DNA of 64,000 nucleotides from Thermoproteota archaeon (GCA_027491735.1 JAOZGP010000005.1:1-64000), one strand, 5' to 3'; counted from the first letter of the stretch, positions 19,514 through 30,416 are shown. The notes: generated by a model not told the origin, from the sequence alone. Numbers and translations: made by a program.

Positions 19514-20938
19514 CTATTCTTCAAACCACCAGATGGAATCCCCATTTTTATCCTCAACAGCCACACCTAGGTCCTTGAGCTTAGCCCTTATGGCGTCAGA
19601 TATGTCATACATTCTCCTTTTTCTGAGTTCTTTTCTAACCTCGATAAGAGTCTCTATATACGGTAAGGAGTCCCTCCTTTGATATCTGGGCAGGACATCT
19701 ATCCCTAACAGTGAAGAAGTTCGATCCATTAAATAGACAACCTCAGAAGCTAGGTTTGGAGAGAGACCTTCGGACACGATCCGGGAGGCCATCGAGGCCA
19801 GTGCGTCCAAGGAGGCGTACGCTACCGGAGTGTTGAAGTCGTCGCTTAGGGCTGAGAAGAACTTCTTGGTCTCCAAGTGCATCTCTCTCCTCACCTCCAT
19901 CTCACTCTCATTGAGTTCTCCCTTCCTACCCTCTAAGGAGTACCGCGCCGCTTTCGCAGCGGCCTCTTTCCAGAAGAGAACTCTATTCTCGGTTGACTTC
20001 AGGGCATTTTCGGAGAACTCAAGAGGTTTGCGGTAATGAGCTGAGGTCAAGAAAATGCGCAGGACATCCGGATCATATCTCCGAAGAGCAGCTTTGACAG
20101 AAAAGTAATTCTTAAGGGATTTAGCCATCTTCTCTCCTTTGACGTTCAGGAGACCGACGTGCATCCAATACCTGACAAAGGGGCTCTTCCCGGTAAAGGC
20201 TTCGCTTTGAGCTATCTCGTTCTCGTGGTGAGGGAATATCAGATCAGACCCTCCCCCGTGTATGTCTATTTGTTCGCCCAAGAGAGCGTATATCATGGCG
20301 CTACACTCTATATGCCAGCCAGGGCGCCCATCCCCCCAAGAGGCAGGCCATCTAGGCTCTCCTGGTTTAGAAAACTTCCAAAGAGCAAAGTCGGCTGGGT
20401 GTTTTTTCTTCTCACTGGTTTTGACCCTAGCATCCCTGACTAAGCTATCCAATTTCACTTTAGAGAGCTTACCATACCCTTCGAAGGTCTCCACACTAAA
20501 GTAAACGCCATCAGGAGTGACATAAGCATATCCGGACTTTACAAGACTGGAGATGAGCTCCAATATCTTGTCTATATATTCCGTGGCTCTAGGGTTTGCT
20601 GTGGCGGCGATCACCTTGAGATCCTGCATCGCCCTGAAGTACTCCTCCTCATATCTCCTGGCAACCTCCTTCCAATCCACCCCTTCCCTAGCAGCTCGGG
20701 CGATTATTTTGTCATCTATATCTGTCACGTTTGTGACGTAGAAGATGGAGTAGCCAGCCCAAGCGAGATATCTCCTGACCACGTCAAAGAAAACTGCTGT
20801 CTTCGCGTGACCCAGGTGGGGCTCATCGTAGACCGTGGGACCACAGACGTACATCTTCACATCGGGAGGGGAGATCGGCTCGAAGACCTCCTTAGTGCCG
20901 CGAAGAGTATCTGTGACCATGATTCTTTCGCTGAACAT
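19514..20938 (-). CDS. cysS: Cysteine--tRNA ligase
   Basis: YVCGPTVYD..HLGH, GRPGWHIECS, KMAKS. Confidence 0.97.
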   Translation of the reverse strand: MFSERIMVTDTLRGTKEVFEPISPPDVKMYVCGPTVYDEPHLGHAKTAVFFDVVRRYLAWAGYSIFYVTNVTDIDDKIIARAAREGVDWKEVARRYEEEYFRAMQDLKVIAATANPRATEYIDKILELISSLVKSGYAYVTPDGVYFSVETFEGYGKLSKVKLDSLVRDARVKTSEKKKHPADFALWKFSKPGEPRWPASWGDGRPGWHIECSAMIYALLGEQIDIHGGGSDLIFPHHENEIAQSEAFTGKSPFVRYWMHVGLLNVKGEKMAKSLKNYFSVKAALRRYDPDVLRIFLTSAHYRKPLEFSENALKSTENRVLFWKEAAAKAARYSLEGRKGELNESEMEVRREMHLETKKFFSALSDDFNTPVAYASLDALASMASRIVSEGLSPNLASEVVYLMDRTSSLLGIDVLPRYQRRDSLPYIETLIEVRKELRKRRMYDISDAIRAKLKDLGVAVEDKNGDSIWWFEE

Positions 20939-21000
20939 CAGTTAAGAGGAATGTAGGCATATTTTTAATTGTACCGTCACTGCCAGTTCATCGGGAACAC

Positions 21001-22140
21001 ATGCGTGAAGATCTCTCGCTCGTGTTGAGGGGAGTTGCTGAGCCGCTAGAGGACATGGTGATGACTCTCGATGAAGTCAAGGAGATCATGAAGAGAGAGG
21101 AGAAAAGAACTTACATAGGATATGAACCCTCCGGCCCGATACATATGGGGGCTGCATCGACGATCCTCAAATTGGAGGAGATGGCGAGGGCTGGATTTAC
21201 GTCAATAGCTCTCATCGCTGATGTTCACGCGGTTTTGAACAGAAAAGGTCCTGAGAGCATCATTAGAGATCTTGGAAACACTTACTATGAGGTCGTGTTC
21301 AAAGAACTAGGTTCTGGAAGGATAAAATCTATTTTAGGGAGCGATTATCAGTTGTCTGAGGATTATGTGATGGATCTCCTGTATCTTTCAACAAAGGTCA
21401 CCTCAAAGAGGGCCTGGAGAGCGATGTCCGTCATAGCCAGGGAGAGTGAGAACCCCTACGTATCCCAGATGATATATCCGCTCATGCAGGCGTTGGACAT
21501 ATTATACCTCAAGGTTAATGTAGCCATCGGTGGAACGGACCAGAGGAAGATCCATGCTTTAGCAAGAGATATCTTCGCTAGACCATTGGACCTCAGAGTC
21601 GAGAGGTATGTCCCCTCGGCCATACATATAAACATAACTCCAGGACTTCTCAGAGGTGAGAAGATGTCCAAATCAAAGCCCCAGACCCATGTAGCTGTGC
21701 ATGATCCACCAGAACTCATCATAAGGAAGATGAACTCTGCTTACTGCCCACCCAGCGACGAAGACCAGTATGATCAAGAGGGAAACCTGAGAAACCCAGT
21801 GCTTGGAGTTTTTAGGGACCTCATACTGAGAGGAGAGCAGACCATTCTGATTGAAAGGGCCAGGTCTAAGGGGGGAGGCGTGATGGAGATCAGTGATTAC
21901 AAGGAATTGGAGAAGTTGTACATCAGCGGAGAGATTCATCCAGCTGATCTCAAGAGAAGAGCTGCTGATTACCTGATCGATCTCTTTGAACCTATAAGAG
22001 AGAGGTTCGAGAGTGAGCCGGAGCTTATAAAACCCTTATATTATCTGCAGAGGTGGCAGAGAAAGGAAGGATTGTTCGGTGACCTGGAATGGAAGCTCGC
22101 CCTCGAGTCGATGAAACCGTATTTGGGAGAGCTCTCCTGA
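21001..22140 (+). CDS. tyrS: Tyrosine--tRNA ligase
   Basis: YIGYEPSG.IHMG, YPLMQALD, GGTDQRK, KMSKS. Confidence 0.95.
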   Translation: MREDLSLVLRGVAEPLEDMVMTLDEVKEIMKREEKRTYIGYEPSGPIHMGAASTILKLEEMARAGFTSIALIADVHAVLNRKGPESIIRDLGNTYYEVVFKELGSGRIKSILGSDYQLSEDYVMDLLYLSTKVTSKRAWRAMSVIARESENPYVSQMIYPLMQALDILYLKVNVAIGGTDQRKIHALARDIFARPLDLRVERYVPSAIHINITPGLLRGEKMSKSKPQTHVAVHDPPELIIRKMNSAYCPPSDEDQYDQEGNLRNPVLGVFRDLILRGEQTILIERARSKGGGVMEISDYKELEKLYISGEIHPADLKRRAADYLIDLFEPIRERFESEPELIKPLYYLQRWQRKEGLFGDLEWKLALESMKPYLGELS

Positions 22141-23627
22141 TAGAGAGCTTGGAGGATCTGGTGGCCATAGAGGAGAACTCAGAGTGGTTGGGAGTGTCCA
22201 AGCTCCTCATGATGGAGAACGCTGCTACGGCAGTTGTTGAAGCCTGTAGGGATATTTTAAAGGATTTGAGGGGGAAGAGAATCGCCGTAGTTTGTGGTAA
22301 GGGCAACAACGGAGGGGATGGAATAGCTGCCGGAAGAAAGATGGCTGCTGAAGGAGCTCATATCACCATATTCATGTTGTACAAGGAGCCTGAGTCACAT
22401 GAGGCCAAATATAACTTTGATATCGTTAAGAGATTGCCCTACAGCGTGGAGGTCAGGAGAATCAGGGAGGAAAAAGATCTGGATGTTTTGAGAACCTATG
22501 ATCTGATCGTGGACGCCCTACTAGGTACTGGAACCAGAGGCGCGCCCTATGGTCTGACAGCTAGCGCTATTAGGAAGATAAACTCCTCAGGAAGACCTGT
22601 CGTGAGTGTCGATGTTCCATCGGGACTTGACCCGTTCTCAGGAAGAGCCCCAGGGGAAGTGGTCAGGGCCACGATCACCGTCACGTTCCACGGGATGAAG
22701 AGCGGACTTAGGCCTGAGTTCTCCGGTAGGATTATCGTATATCCAGCGGGATCACCTCTAGAAGCCCTCTGGGGATGTGGACCTGGAGATCTTAGGGCCT
22801 TGATTAAAAGAAGAGATCCTTGGAGCCATAAAGGTGATTTTGGAAGGATCCTCGTGATCGGCGGGTCATGTCTGTATACGGGAGCTCCTGCTTTGGCAGC
22901 AATGTCTGCTCTAAGGTCTGGAGCTGACCTAGCAATAGTTCTGACTCCCAGATCAGTATCCAATATCGTTAGATCCTTTTCACCTGAGATAATAGTTAAT
23001 CGGTTGAGATCTGAAGACTTTCTAGGGGAGGACGAGAGAGACCTCGATCTGATACTTAGAGAGGCCGAGAGATCTTCCGTGGTGCTTATAGGTCCAGGTC
23101 TAGGATCCGAGAGATGCGTGATAGAGATGGCGTCCAGGATATTAGAGGAGCTGAGAGCTCGATCAACCAAGGTGGTCGTCGACGCTGATGCTCAGAGAGC
23201 CCTGTCCCCAAGAAAGGGGTGGGAGAACTTGATAGTCACGCCACACGCTGGAGAGTTCGAGAGAATATTCAGCGTAGTTCCTCCGAAGGATTTGAGAGGG
23301 CGTATGGACACTGTTGCCAGAAATGCTGCTAAATTGCCTGGAACCGTTCTCCTGAAGGGGCATGTAGATGTCATATCAGACGGCAGAAGGATTAAGATCA
23401 ACTTCACAGGCAACCCAGGAATGACTGTCGGCGGCACAGGAGATGTGCTCTCAGGCGTGACCGCAGCCATGTTCTCCTTGGGAGAGGATCCCATGAGAGC
23501 CGCCTCCTGCGCAGCTTGGATAGTTGGGTCTGCTGGAGACCTCGCTTATGAGAAGGTCGGAAATTCCCTTACGCCCCTTGACGTGATAGGGAACATCCCT
23601 GAGATCGTCAGGAAACACGCGCCTTGA
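22089..23627 (+). CDS. nnr: Bifunctional NAD(P)HX epimerase/dehydratase (true start probably ~22137)
   Basis: LMMENA, GKGNNGGDG, HKGDFG, GGTGDVL. Confidence 0.93.
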   Translation: MEARPRVDETVFGRALLIESLEDLVAIEENSEWLGVSKLLMMENAATAVVEACRDILKDLRGKRIAVVCGKGNNGGDGIAAGRKMAAEGAHITIFMLYKEPESHEAKYNFDIVKRLPYSVEVRRIREEKDLDVLRTYDLIVDALLGTGTRGAPYGLTASAIRKINSSGRPVVSVDVPSGLDPFSGRAPGEVVRATITVTFHGMKSGLRPEFSGRIIVYPAGSPLEALWGCGPGDLRALIKRRDPWSHKGDFGRILVIGGSCLYTGAPALAAMSALRSGADLAIVLTPRSVSNIVRSFSPEIIVNRLRSEDFLGEDERDLDLILREAERSSVVLIGPGLGSERCVIEMASRILEELRARSTKVVVDADAQRALSPRKGWENLIVTPHAGEFERIFSVVPPKDLRGRMDTVARNAAKLPGTVLLKGHVDVISDGRRIKINFTGNPGMTVGGTGDVLSGVTAAMFSLGEDPMRAASCAAWIVGSAGDLAYEKVGNSLTPLDVIGNIPEIVRKHAP

Positions 23628-23682
23628 GGAGGACAACTTTTTGGTATTTCCATAGAGAGATTTTGTGGTGGGAGGGATCTCC

Positions 23683-24111
23683 ATGAACGATGTTCCTGAG
23701 GACAGATATTATTCGAAAACTCACGAATGGGTGCTTCCTGTAGGTGAGAACAAAGCCAAGGTGGGGATTACCGGATATGCTGTCGAAGAGCTCGGAGATA
23801 TAACCTACTTAGAGGTAAGAGCTGTGGGATCTGAGGTCAAGGCTGGAGAGCGTATTGGCACGGTTGAGAGCAACAAAGCTACAGAGGACATCTACGCTCC
23901 AGTCAGCGGGAAGATAATTGAGATAAACAAGGAAGCAGGGGTCGTTGAGGAGGGATCAAGCGAGTTCTCAGGAGAGCTTGAGCGTATCTCGGAGGATCCT
24001 TATGGAGAAGGATGGATCGTCGTACTAGAGACGTTCAACATGAAGGAAGAGCTGAAGGGTCTTATGGATGCGCATGAGTACGTTGAGATGCTTAAGAAGG
24101 AGCAAAAATAG
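23683..24111 (+). CDS. gcvH: Glycine cleavage system H protein / lipoyl carrier
   Basis: YSKTHEW, ESNKA, DPYGEGW. Confidence 0.9.
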   Translation: MNDVPEDRYYSKTHEWVLPVGENKAKVGITGYAVEELGDITYLEVRAVGSEVKAGERIGTVESNKATEDIYAPVSGKIIEINKEAGVVEEGSSEFSGELERISEDPYGEGWIVVLETFNMKEELKGLMDAHEYVEMLKKEQK

Positions 24112-24475
24112 CTTCCTGATCCTCGCACCACCAGATCACTTAACTGAGATCGAGGAGGGTGTTGAGCTCATCAGAGGTCTGCTTCCAGTCGAGATGAAGG
24201 TCCTCGCTTACAAGATGAATTCGCTGGAGGAAAACTGTTACGAATGGGAAGGCTATGCTAGGATCGATGAAGGAGTCGCTAAAGTATTCTTATCATCGAA
24301 GGATCCACGAGAGATAGCCAAACTGCTCCTTCATGAGATTGGTCATCTTCTAGGTTTACCTCACTGTCGAGATCCTGGATGCGTTATGTGGGACTCACCT
24401 TTGGGAGAAGAGAGGAACCTAAGGATCTGTAGAGCATGTCGTGAGAAGTTTCTCTCCGCCATTGGGGAGGACTGA
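24068..24475 (+). CDS. Archaemetzincin-like Zn metalloprotease
   Basis: HEIGHLLGLPHC...CVM...C..C. Confidence 0.8.
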   Translation: MRMSTLRCLRRSKNSFLILAPPDHLTEIEEGVELIRGLLPVEMKVLAYKMNSLEENCYEWEGYARIDEGVAKVFLSSKDPREIAKLLLHEIGHLLGLPHCRDPGCVMWDSPLGEERNLRICRACREKFLSAIGED

Positions 24476-24508
24476 AAGTTTTTATCGCCTTATACCGCAT
24501 GCTACTCG

Positions 24509-25768
24509 GTGTTCCTGTTGAAGTACATCAAAGACCCCATTCACGGATACATCAGGCTTAATGATCTGGAGCTGGCTTTGATCGAGACCAGAGCAGTTCA
24601 GAGACTTAGAAGAATAAGACAGTTAGCTGGATCCGAATACGTATACCCTGGAGCGATACATACGAGGTTCGAGCACTCGCTTGGAACTATGTTTGTGGCG
24701 GGGCTTATGGGAACGACCCTAGCTGAGAGGGCCGAAGAGGAAAGCAGTATCGTTCAGATCACAAGACTCCAGGGATTATTACACGATATAGGTCATGGTC
24801 CCTTCTCTCACGTCTTCGAGCCCGTGATGGAGGAGTTCTGTGGACTGACTCATGAGGATATGAGCAGAAAAATTATAGAGAAGTCCGAGATAGCGGACAT
24901 ACTCTCCTCACATGGATTTGATCCCAAAAACGTCGCTGACCTATCGGTAGGCCTCAAAGAGGGAGAGAAAGTCTTAAACAAGGTCATCAGATCCCCTTTC
25001 GATGCCGATAAACTGGACTTCACGAACAGAGATTCCTACCACACAGGCGCTGGGTATTATATAGACGTACACAGGATAGCCTACAATGTAGAGATTTTTG
25101 ATGGGGAGCTCTGCCTGAACATCAAAGCTCTGCCTACGATGGAGTCCCTAGTTATCTCCAGACTGCTAGCATTCCGATCAATTTACTTCCATAGGACATC
25201 CAGAGCTGCGCAAGTCATGATGATAGAGGCCATGAGGAGGATCGCCAGGGATGTTCTTGAGATAGAGGAGACCGTGAAGGACGTGGACCGTTATCTGGAT
25301 ATGGATGACTTTACAGTTTGGTGTGCCTTGAAGAGGGATCCGAGGACACGACAGATATTAGAAGATCTAGCAAACAGAAGACTTCTCAAGGTGGCTTATG
25401 AAATGGTTTTTTACAGAAAAGAGGGAGAAATCGGCTTCCTAGATTCCAGAGCCATCCTCGGGAGACTACGAGAGGAGATCTCTGCTAGAGCGGATGTTGA
25501 TCTGGGAGATATCTTCATAGATATCCCTCTGCTGAGAACAGTGCCTGTGGAAGGATTTGAGGAAACCATCACCTTCTTGGAGCCAGAAGGTAGAGGACGT
25601 GTGGCTCTCAAAGCTGAAGAGATCTCTCCGATAATCTCTCAGCTGAAGAGAACCCTCCTGAGCATAGTTAGAATTTACACAAGAAAAGAGCTCGTGAACC
25701 GTGTGGAGAAGGCGGCCAAGGAGGTGCTAAGTGGAGAGGAGAGGTTTTATCACAAGGTGTCCTATTGA
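24509..25768 (+). CDS. HD-domain phosphohydrolase (SAMHD1/dNTPase-like)
   Basis: DPIHG, HTRFEHSLG, LLHDIGHGPFSH, DADKLD. Confidence 0.92.
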   Translation: MFLLKYIKDPIHGYIRLNDLELALIETRAVQRLRRIRQLAGSEYVYPGAIHTRFEHSLGTMFVAGLMGTTLAERAEEESSIVQITRLQGLLHDIGHGPFSHVFEPVMEEFCGLTHEDMSRKIIEKSEIADILSSHGFDPKNVADLSVGLKEGEKVLNKVIRSPFDADKLDFTNRDSYHTGAGYYIDVHRIAYNVEIFDGELCLNIKALPTMESLVISRLLAFRSIYFHRTSRAAQVMMIEAMRRIARDVLEIEETVKDVDRYLDMDDFTVWCALKRDPRTRQILEDLANRRLLKVAYEMVFYRKEGEIGFLDSRAILGRLREEISARADVDLGDIFIDIPLLRTVPVEGFEETITFLEPEGRGRVALKAEEISPIISQLKRTLLSIVRIYTRKELVNRVEKAAKEVLSGEERFYHKVSY

Positions 25769-27948
25769 GCTTCGTTGATCATCCTCTGATAAGGAAAGAA
25801 AGGTTAGAGTCCAGGGTCTATCAGCAGGTCATAGCCGCCAACGCCTCAAGAAAAAACACTCTGGTGGTGGTGCCCACTGGACTCGGAAAGACCTCAATAG
25901 CCATACTGGTGATAGCACATAGGCTCTACAAGAAGGGTGGAAAGGTTCTGTTTCTGGTCCCAACAAAGCCGCTCGCCGTTCAACATCACAGGAGGCTGAA
26001 GGAAGTTCTTAATATAGATGAAAACGAAGTAATTCTTTTAACTGGAGAAGTCTCTCCCAACAAGAGGATCTCTCTATGGCGGAAGGGAAGGGTTGTGGTT
26101 TCCACTCCTCAGGTTGTGCAGAACGACATCATCTCAGGTCGAATAACCCTTGAAAACTTCACGCTTATTGTGTTCGACGAGGCCCACAGGGCCGTGGGCT
26201 CCTATCCATATGTGTTCATAGCGGAGCACTACATGAGGACAGCAAGGTCTCCCCTGATACTAGGTCTGACGGCATCTCCGGGAAGCACCAAGGAATCAAT
26301 ACGTGAGGTTGTCAGGAACCTGTTCATAGAGGGGATAGAGTATAGGAGCAGAGATAGCCCAGACGTTCTACCGTACCTGGCTTCTCTAAGGGTTAAAGTC
26401 GTCAAAGTTCCCCTTAGTGAGAGGGAGCGTTCGGCTCTGGCCGTTCTAAAGGAGATCAAAAGAGACTTCATCAGGAAGGTCAACTCCTATGGAAGAGTTA
26501 TAGTAGGAGAAAACTCAGGGTTGAGAAATCTAATCGAGACGCAGAGGGTCCTGTTATCGGAGAGAGCTCCAAGCGAGATTATCTCGCTCGTCACGGCACT
26601 TATAAAATTGGTTCATCTCATGGATGTGATAGAGAGCCAGGGACCGAGAACGGCTCTCAGATACATTTACAAACTTAAGAAGTCGCCTTCAAAGGCAAAT
26701 AAGGTGATCTTAGAGGATGTAAGGTTCAGAAGGGTTGAGGAACTTCTCTCCATGGCATCCAGGGACCTTCCGAGGAAGGCCATCATTTTGATGGACCTCA
26801 TCAAACGCCTAGTCGGAGAGGAGAAAAAACGTGTGATAGTCTTCTGTAATTACAGAAGCACTGTAACGGAGATATGCGATCTGCTCTCCAACATGGGAAT
26901 AAGGGCCGGAGCCCTTTTGGGAAAAGGAGGGAGAAGAGAGAAGGGGGCTGTTACCCAGGAGGATCAAAAGCTCGTCATAGAGAGGTTTGTATTAGGAGAT
27001 CTGGAGGTTTTGGTCTCCACCAGCGTGGGGGAGGAGGGGTTGGACCTGCCCGACGCAGATGCAGTGATACTATATGACGCCACCCCTTCGGGAATTAGAC
27101 ACATACAGAGAAAGGGAAGGGTGGGAAGGGTGCGTCCGGGTGTAGTGATTGCGCTCATATCGGAGGGGAGAGAACTTGGTTTCTACAGGATAGCCAAAAG
27201 GAGAGAATACTCTATGAGGAGAATGCTCGAAGAAGTGTTAACAGAGCTGTGCACTAAGGAATTAAGTCTTGAGAGTTCCTCGAAGGTTTTAAATCGGCCC
27301 AAGATCAGGGTTGCCATGGATTTCAGGGAGATAAGCAGTCCTGTAGCCAAAATACTTGCTTCGGATGATGAAATACTCCTTGAGACCTCCAAGCTAGACC
27401 TCGGCGATTACTCCGTGAGCAAGGACCTGCTTGTAGAGAGGAAAACCGTTTCGGACTTTGTGAACTCATTGGTGGATGGAAGGCTGTTTGAGCAGGCCAT
27501 ATCGATGAGAAACCTCTACAGACATCCGGTGATCATAGTTGAGGGGGAGGACTTCACCACCGAGAGAAATGTCTCTGAAGAGTCGCTCTATGGAGCTATA
27601 GCAGCCCTGATCGGAATGTCCATTGCCGTCCTCAGAACTCGGTCTCCAGAGGAAACTGCCAAGGTGATAAAAGCTCTGGCCAAGAGGGAGCAACTCGAGA
27701 AGAGAAAGGGTATTTCTTTAAAGAGGAGACCCTCCTCCTCTGAGGCCGAGGAGTTAATAAATGTGCTCACTTCGATACGCGGCGTGGGAGTCGAGATAGC
27801 CAAAGCTATACTCAGGAGGTTAGGGTCTTTGGAGAAAGTATTCACAGTGGACGAGAAAGAGCTTTTGGAGATCGAAGGCGTTGGCAAGGTCTTGGCTAGG
27901 AGGATAAGGGAGTTGGCTACCAGGAAGTATTCGGAGGATTATCTATGA
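25765..27948 (+). CDS. hef: Hef helicase-ERCC4 nuclease
   Basis: PTGLGKT, DEAH, QRKGRVGR, VERKT..D, HhH repeats. Confidence 0.95.
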   Translation: MSFVDHPLIRKERLESRVYQQVIAANASRKNTLVVVPTGLGKTSIAILVIAHRLYKKGGKVLFLVPTKPLAVQHHRRLKEVLNIDENEVILLTGEVSPNKRISLWRKGRVVVSTPQVVQNDIISGRITLENFTLIVFDEAHRAVGSYPYVFIAEHYMRTARSPLILGLTASPGSTKESIREVVRNLFIEGIEYRSRDSPDVLPYLASLRVKVVKVPLSERERSALAVLKEIKRDFIRKVNSYGRVIVGENSGLRNLIETQRVLLSERAPSEIISLVTALIKLVHLMDVIESQGPRTALRYIYKLKKSPSKANKVILEDVRFRRVEELLSMASRDLPRKAIILMDLIKRLVGEEKKRVIVFCNYRSTVTEICDLLSNMGIRAGALLGKGGRREKGAVTQEDQKLVIERFVLGDLEVLVSTSVGEEGLDLPDADAVILYDATPSGIRHIQRKGRVGRVRPGVVIALISEGRELGFYRIAKRREYSMRRMLEEVLTELCTKELSLESSSKVLNRPKIRVAMDFREISSPVAKILASDDEILLETSKLDLGDYSVSKDLLVERKTVSDFVNSLVDGRLFEQAISMRNLYRHPVIIVEGEDFTTERNVSEESLYGAIAALIGMSIAVLRTRSPEETAKVIKALAKREQLEKRKGISLKRRPSSSEAEELINVLTSIRGVGVEIAKAILRRLGSLEKVFTVDEKELLEIEGVGKVLARRIRELATRKYSEDYL

Positions 27949-28421
27949 TCACCGAGAAGTATCTCTTCCTCGACGATGATTTAGAAAAGCTCTTCTCGAG
28001 CATGCTCATAGCTCTGAACAAGCTTAATAACCTCAAGGATCCCATTCTTTTGTCAACGAGCAGGGGGGAGAAGGTCAGAGGAAGGAGACAAATAGAGATC
28101 TCACTCAAGGATAAGGGAAAGCTTCTTGTCTTCGATTGGAAGCTTGCTAGAAAGTTTGTGTTGGCGTCATTAAGTAGAGGAGAGCTCGTCCCTTTGAAGT
28201 TCATTGTCGTGTTCAAGTATTACTATCTGAGAAGCTTTAGGAGGATTCACCTTAAGTACGACAGATACGAGATGTGTGTGGTCCCCGAAAAAAGAGGAAT
28301 TTTGGTCTCAGTGAGAGCTATAAAAACCATGTACAGGACATCTCCTGAGATCTTAGTACAGATGATCAGGGAAGAGGTTTCCAGAGTTCTGGGGAAACAT
28401 GTTCGCATCGAGCTACTTTAA
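27945..28421 (+). CDS. Hypothetical protein
   Basis: ATGA overlap with hef; coding-like composition. Confidence 0.7.
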   Translation: MITEKYLFLDDDLEKLFSSMLIALNKLNNLKDPILLSTSRGEKVRGRRQIEISLKDKGKLLVFDWKLARKFVLASLSRGELVPLKFIVVFKYYYLRSFRRIHLKYDRYEMCVVPEKRGILVSVRAIKTMYRTSPEILVQMIREEVSRVLGKHVRIELL

Positions 28422-28796
28422 CCTTCTCCTATAGATCATATTCTCGACCTTTAGGAGAACGCCAGCAGCCGTGTTCATTCTCGTCAAAATGTCCAGATCC
28501 TCGTTCTCCGAAGGCTCGAGCTTGTCGCTTAGATGAGACAGATATCTTATGAGGTTGGCGCGAACATGTCTTAGGGCAAGCTCGATCCTTACCTCCTCGG
28601 CCTCCTCTTCAGAGGAGACTAACTTGACGGGAATGTTGCAGTAAACACAAATTATTTCGCCACTTGGTTTCTTGAACAAGGGAGTTCCACAGCGAGGGCA
28701 GGTGTCATGAAGCATCGTCCACCCTCTTTTAAGGGCAGATGACATTTTCCTAAATTTCTCTTCCTCATCTATTGTTTTAGATCCCATGGGGATCAA
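28413..28796 (-). CDS. UPF0148/SSSCA1-family Zn-ribbon protein
   Basis: GWTML..TCPRCGTPLF...CVYC. Confidence 0.85.
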   Translation of the reverse strand: MIPMGSKTIDEEEKFRKMSSALKRGWTMLHDTCPRCGTPLFKKPSGEIICVYCNIPVKLVSSEEEAEEVRIELALRHVRANLIRYLSHLSDKLEPSENEDLDILTRMNTAAGVLLKVENMIYRRRLK

Positions 28797-28864
28797 ATTT
28801 ATAGAAGCTTAGGGAGTATTTAACTTAGCCCCTTTCCTCGACATCCTTTGGGAGGTGATTTTTC

Positions 28865-29152
28865 TTGGCAAGAAAAAGTAAGTCCAAGAGAAAGAAGGAG
28901 TATGCCAAGTTGATACAGGAGGTTATTGCCAGGCTGGATCGCGTTTCTCAGAACAGAAACGTACCGAGAAATATAAGAAAAGCCACAACTGATGCCATAG
29001 ATGTGCTCAGGGAAGAGAGCCTCTCCTATGGCGTCCGCTCAAGCAAGGCCATGTCCATATTAAATGAGATCATAAACGACATAAACATGCCTTTCCCAAC
29101 CCGATCCGAACTCCTTTTGGTCGTGGGAATTCTTGAGAAGATCAAAGACTAA
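28865..29152 (+). CDS. UPF0147 protein
   Basis: VPRNIRK, D.NMP..TR. Confidence 0.88.
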   Translation: MARKSKSKRKKEYAKLIQEVIARLDRVSQNRNVPRNIRKATTDAIDVLREESLSYGVRSSKAMSILNEIINDINMPFPTRSELLLVVGILEKIKD

Positions 29153-29167
29153 TAGACGAGTTGGGAG

Positions 29168-29239
29168 TGCCGGGGGTGGGATTCGAACCCACGACCGCTC
29201 GGTCTTCAGCCGAGCGCTCTCCCCCTGAGCTACCCCGGC
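29168..29239 (-). tRNA. tRNA-Phe(GAA)
   Basis: GCCGGGG...CTGAAGA loop...GGTTCGAATCC. Confidence 0.95.
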
Positions 29240-29270
29240 ACAGATTCCTCATGGCCACACTAGATTAAAA

Positions 29271-29344
29271 TGGACCGAGGGGGATTCGAACCCCCGACCT
29301 CCCGCATGCCAAGCGGGCGCGCTACCAGACTGCGCCACCGGCCC
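29271..29344 (-). tRNA. tRNA-Ala(GGC)
   Basis: GGGCCGG...TTGGCAT loop; G3:U70. Confidence 0.95.
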
Positions 29345-29389
29345 GATGAAGTCTTACGAGGAAGGGTATAAAAACCTATCACCGAGCGC

Positions 29390-29581
29390 TCACACAACCC
29401 TAACCCTCTTCCAAGATATCTTGTTGGCCCATTGGTATTTCCTCATTCTCCTGCTCCTTCCAAATCCACAGGCGGCGCAGTACTTCTTTCTAATGTTGTA
29501 AGAGTGACGTCCACACCTGCGACATCTTATATGGGTTTTTCCTCTGCTCCTACGACCCATGGAAGGGGTTCCCTTCGTCAT
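29390..29581 (-). CDS. rpl37e: 50S ribosomal protein L37e
   Basis: MTKGTPSMG...CRRCG...CAACGFG. Confidence 0.97.
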   Translation of the reverse strand: MTKGTPSMGRRSRGKTHIRCRRCGRHSYNIRKKYCAACGFGRSRRMRKYQWANKISWKRVRVV

Positions 29582-29583
29582 AA

Positions 29584-29841
29584 CTACTCACCTCTGTCGG
29601 GTGTTGATATCGCTACGACTACGTCTCCCCTTATAAGTACCCTCTTCCCAAGCCTCACAATCCTTCTATCCTCCAAGCCTCCACCAGATTTTGGCAGCAC
29701 CAGCTCCTCTGCGTTATCAAGGACTAGGTTTAGGTGTCGGTCAAACGATTGTAGGATACCTCTAACCCAAGAGCCTGTTTTTAGGGAGACGAGAACGGTC
29801 TCCTTTATGTTCTTAGCGAGGTACTCTGCTGTGTCAGGCAT
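29584..29841 (-). CDS. Sm/Lsm protein (SmAP1)
   Basis: [13 protein letters not shown]; conserved linkage to rpl37e. Confidence 0.92.
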   Translation of the reverse strand: MPDTAEYLAKNIKETVLVSLKTGSWVRGILQSFDRHLNLVLDNAEELVLPKSGGGLEDRRIVRLGKRVLIRGDVVVAISTPDRGE

Positions 29842-30001
29842 ACCGCAACACCATGAGTTTATCTAAAACCTATTCCCTTCAGATCTAAATAAAAACGTTT
29901 TTTCTAGAGGAGCTCACAAAGAAGCCCACTCAAAGGAGATCCTACTTCTGTGGAGAATCATTTAAATAGTGGGTCTAGACCCTAAGACCAGGGGTCTCCT
30001 A

Positions 30002-30382
30002 GTGGGATTTCTGAGGAAAATCTTCGGAGGAAAGGAGAGAAGGGAGGAATTAGAGGAGGAGCTTCCTGAGCCGGGGGATTACTTTTCCGGAGAACCTGCT
30101 GCGGTGAACTTGGAGAAAGCTATCGCCATCAAGCCAATGGTGCTGCATAGCGCCGAGGACATAGAGCTTGTTTTAAATGAAATAAATAATGGAAATATAG
30201 TTCTATTAAAATATGATGATCTGATATTTGAAAATAAGGAGAGGGTCAGGAGTGTCATAGAGAGGCTCAAGGAGAGGATACTCGAGGCAGGAGGAGATCT
30301 CGTACTCATAAAGTATGACAGGGCGCCACCCATATTGATAGTTCCCCGCTTCGTGGAGATATGGAGAAGGCCGGAGAAGTAG
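30002..30382 (+). CDS. sepF: Cell division protein SepF
   Basis: N-terminal amphipathic GFLRKIFG; GNIVLL, GGD, ILIVP. Confidence 0.75.
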   Translation: MGFLRKIFGGKERREELEEELPEPGDYFSGEPAAVNLEKAIAIKPMVLHSAEDIELVLNEINNGNIVLLKYDDLIFENKERVRSVIERLKERILEAGGDLVLIKYDRAPPILIVPRFVEIWRRPEK

Positions 30383-30416
30383 GAACTTGTCCGGGAGATG
30401 TATTAGCGTAGGAGGC

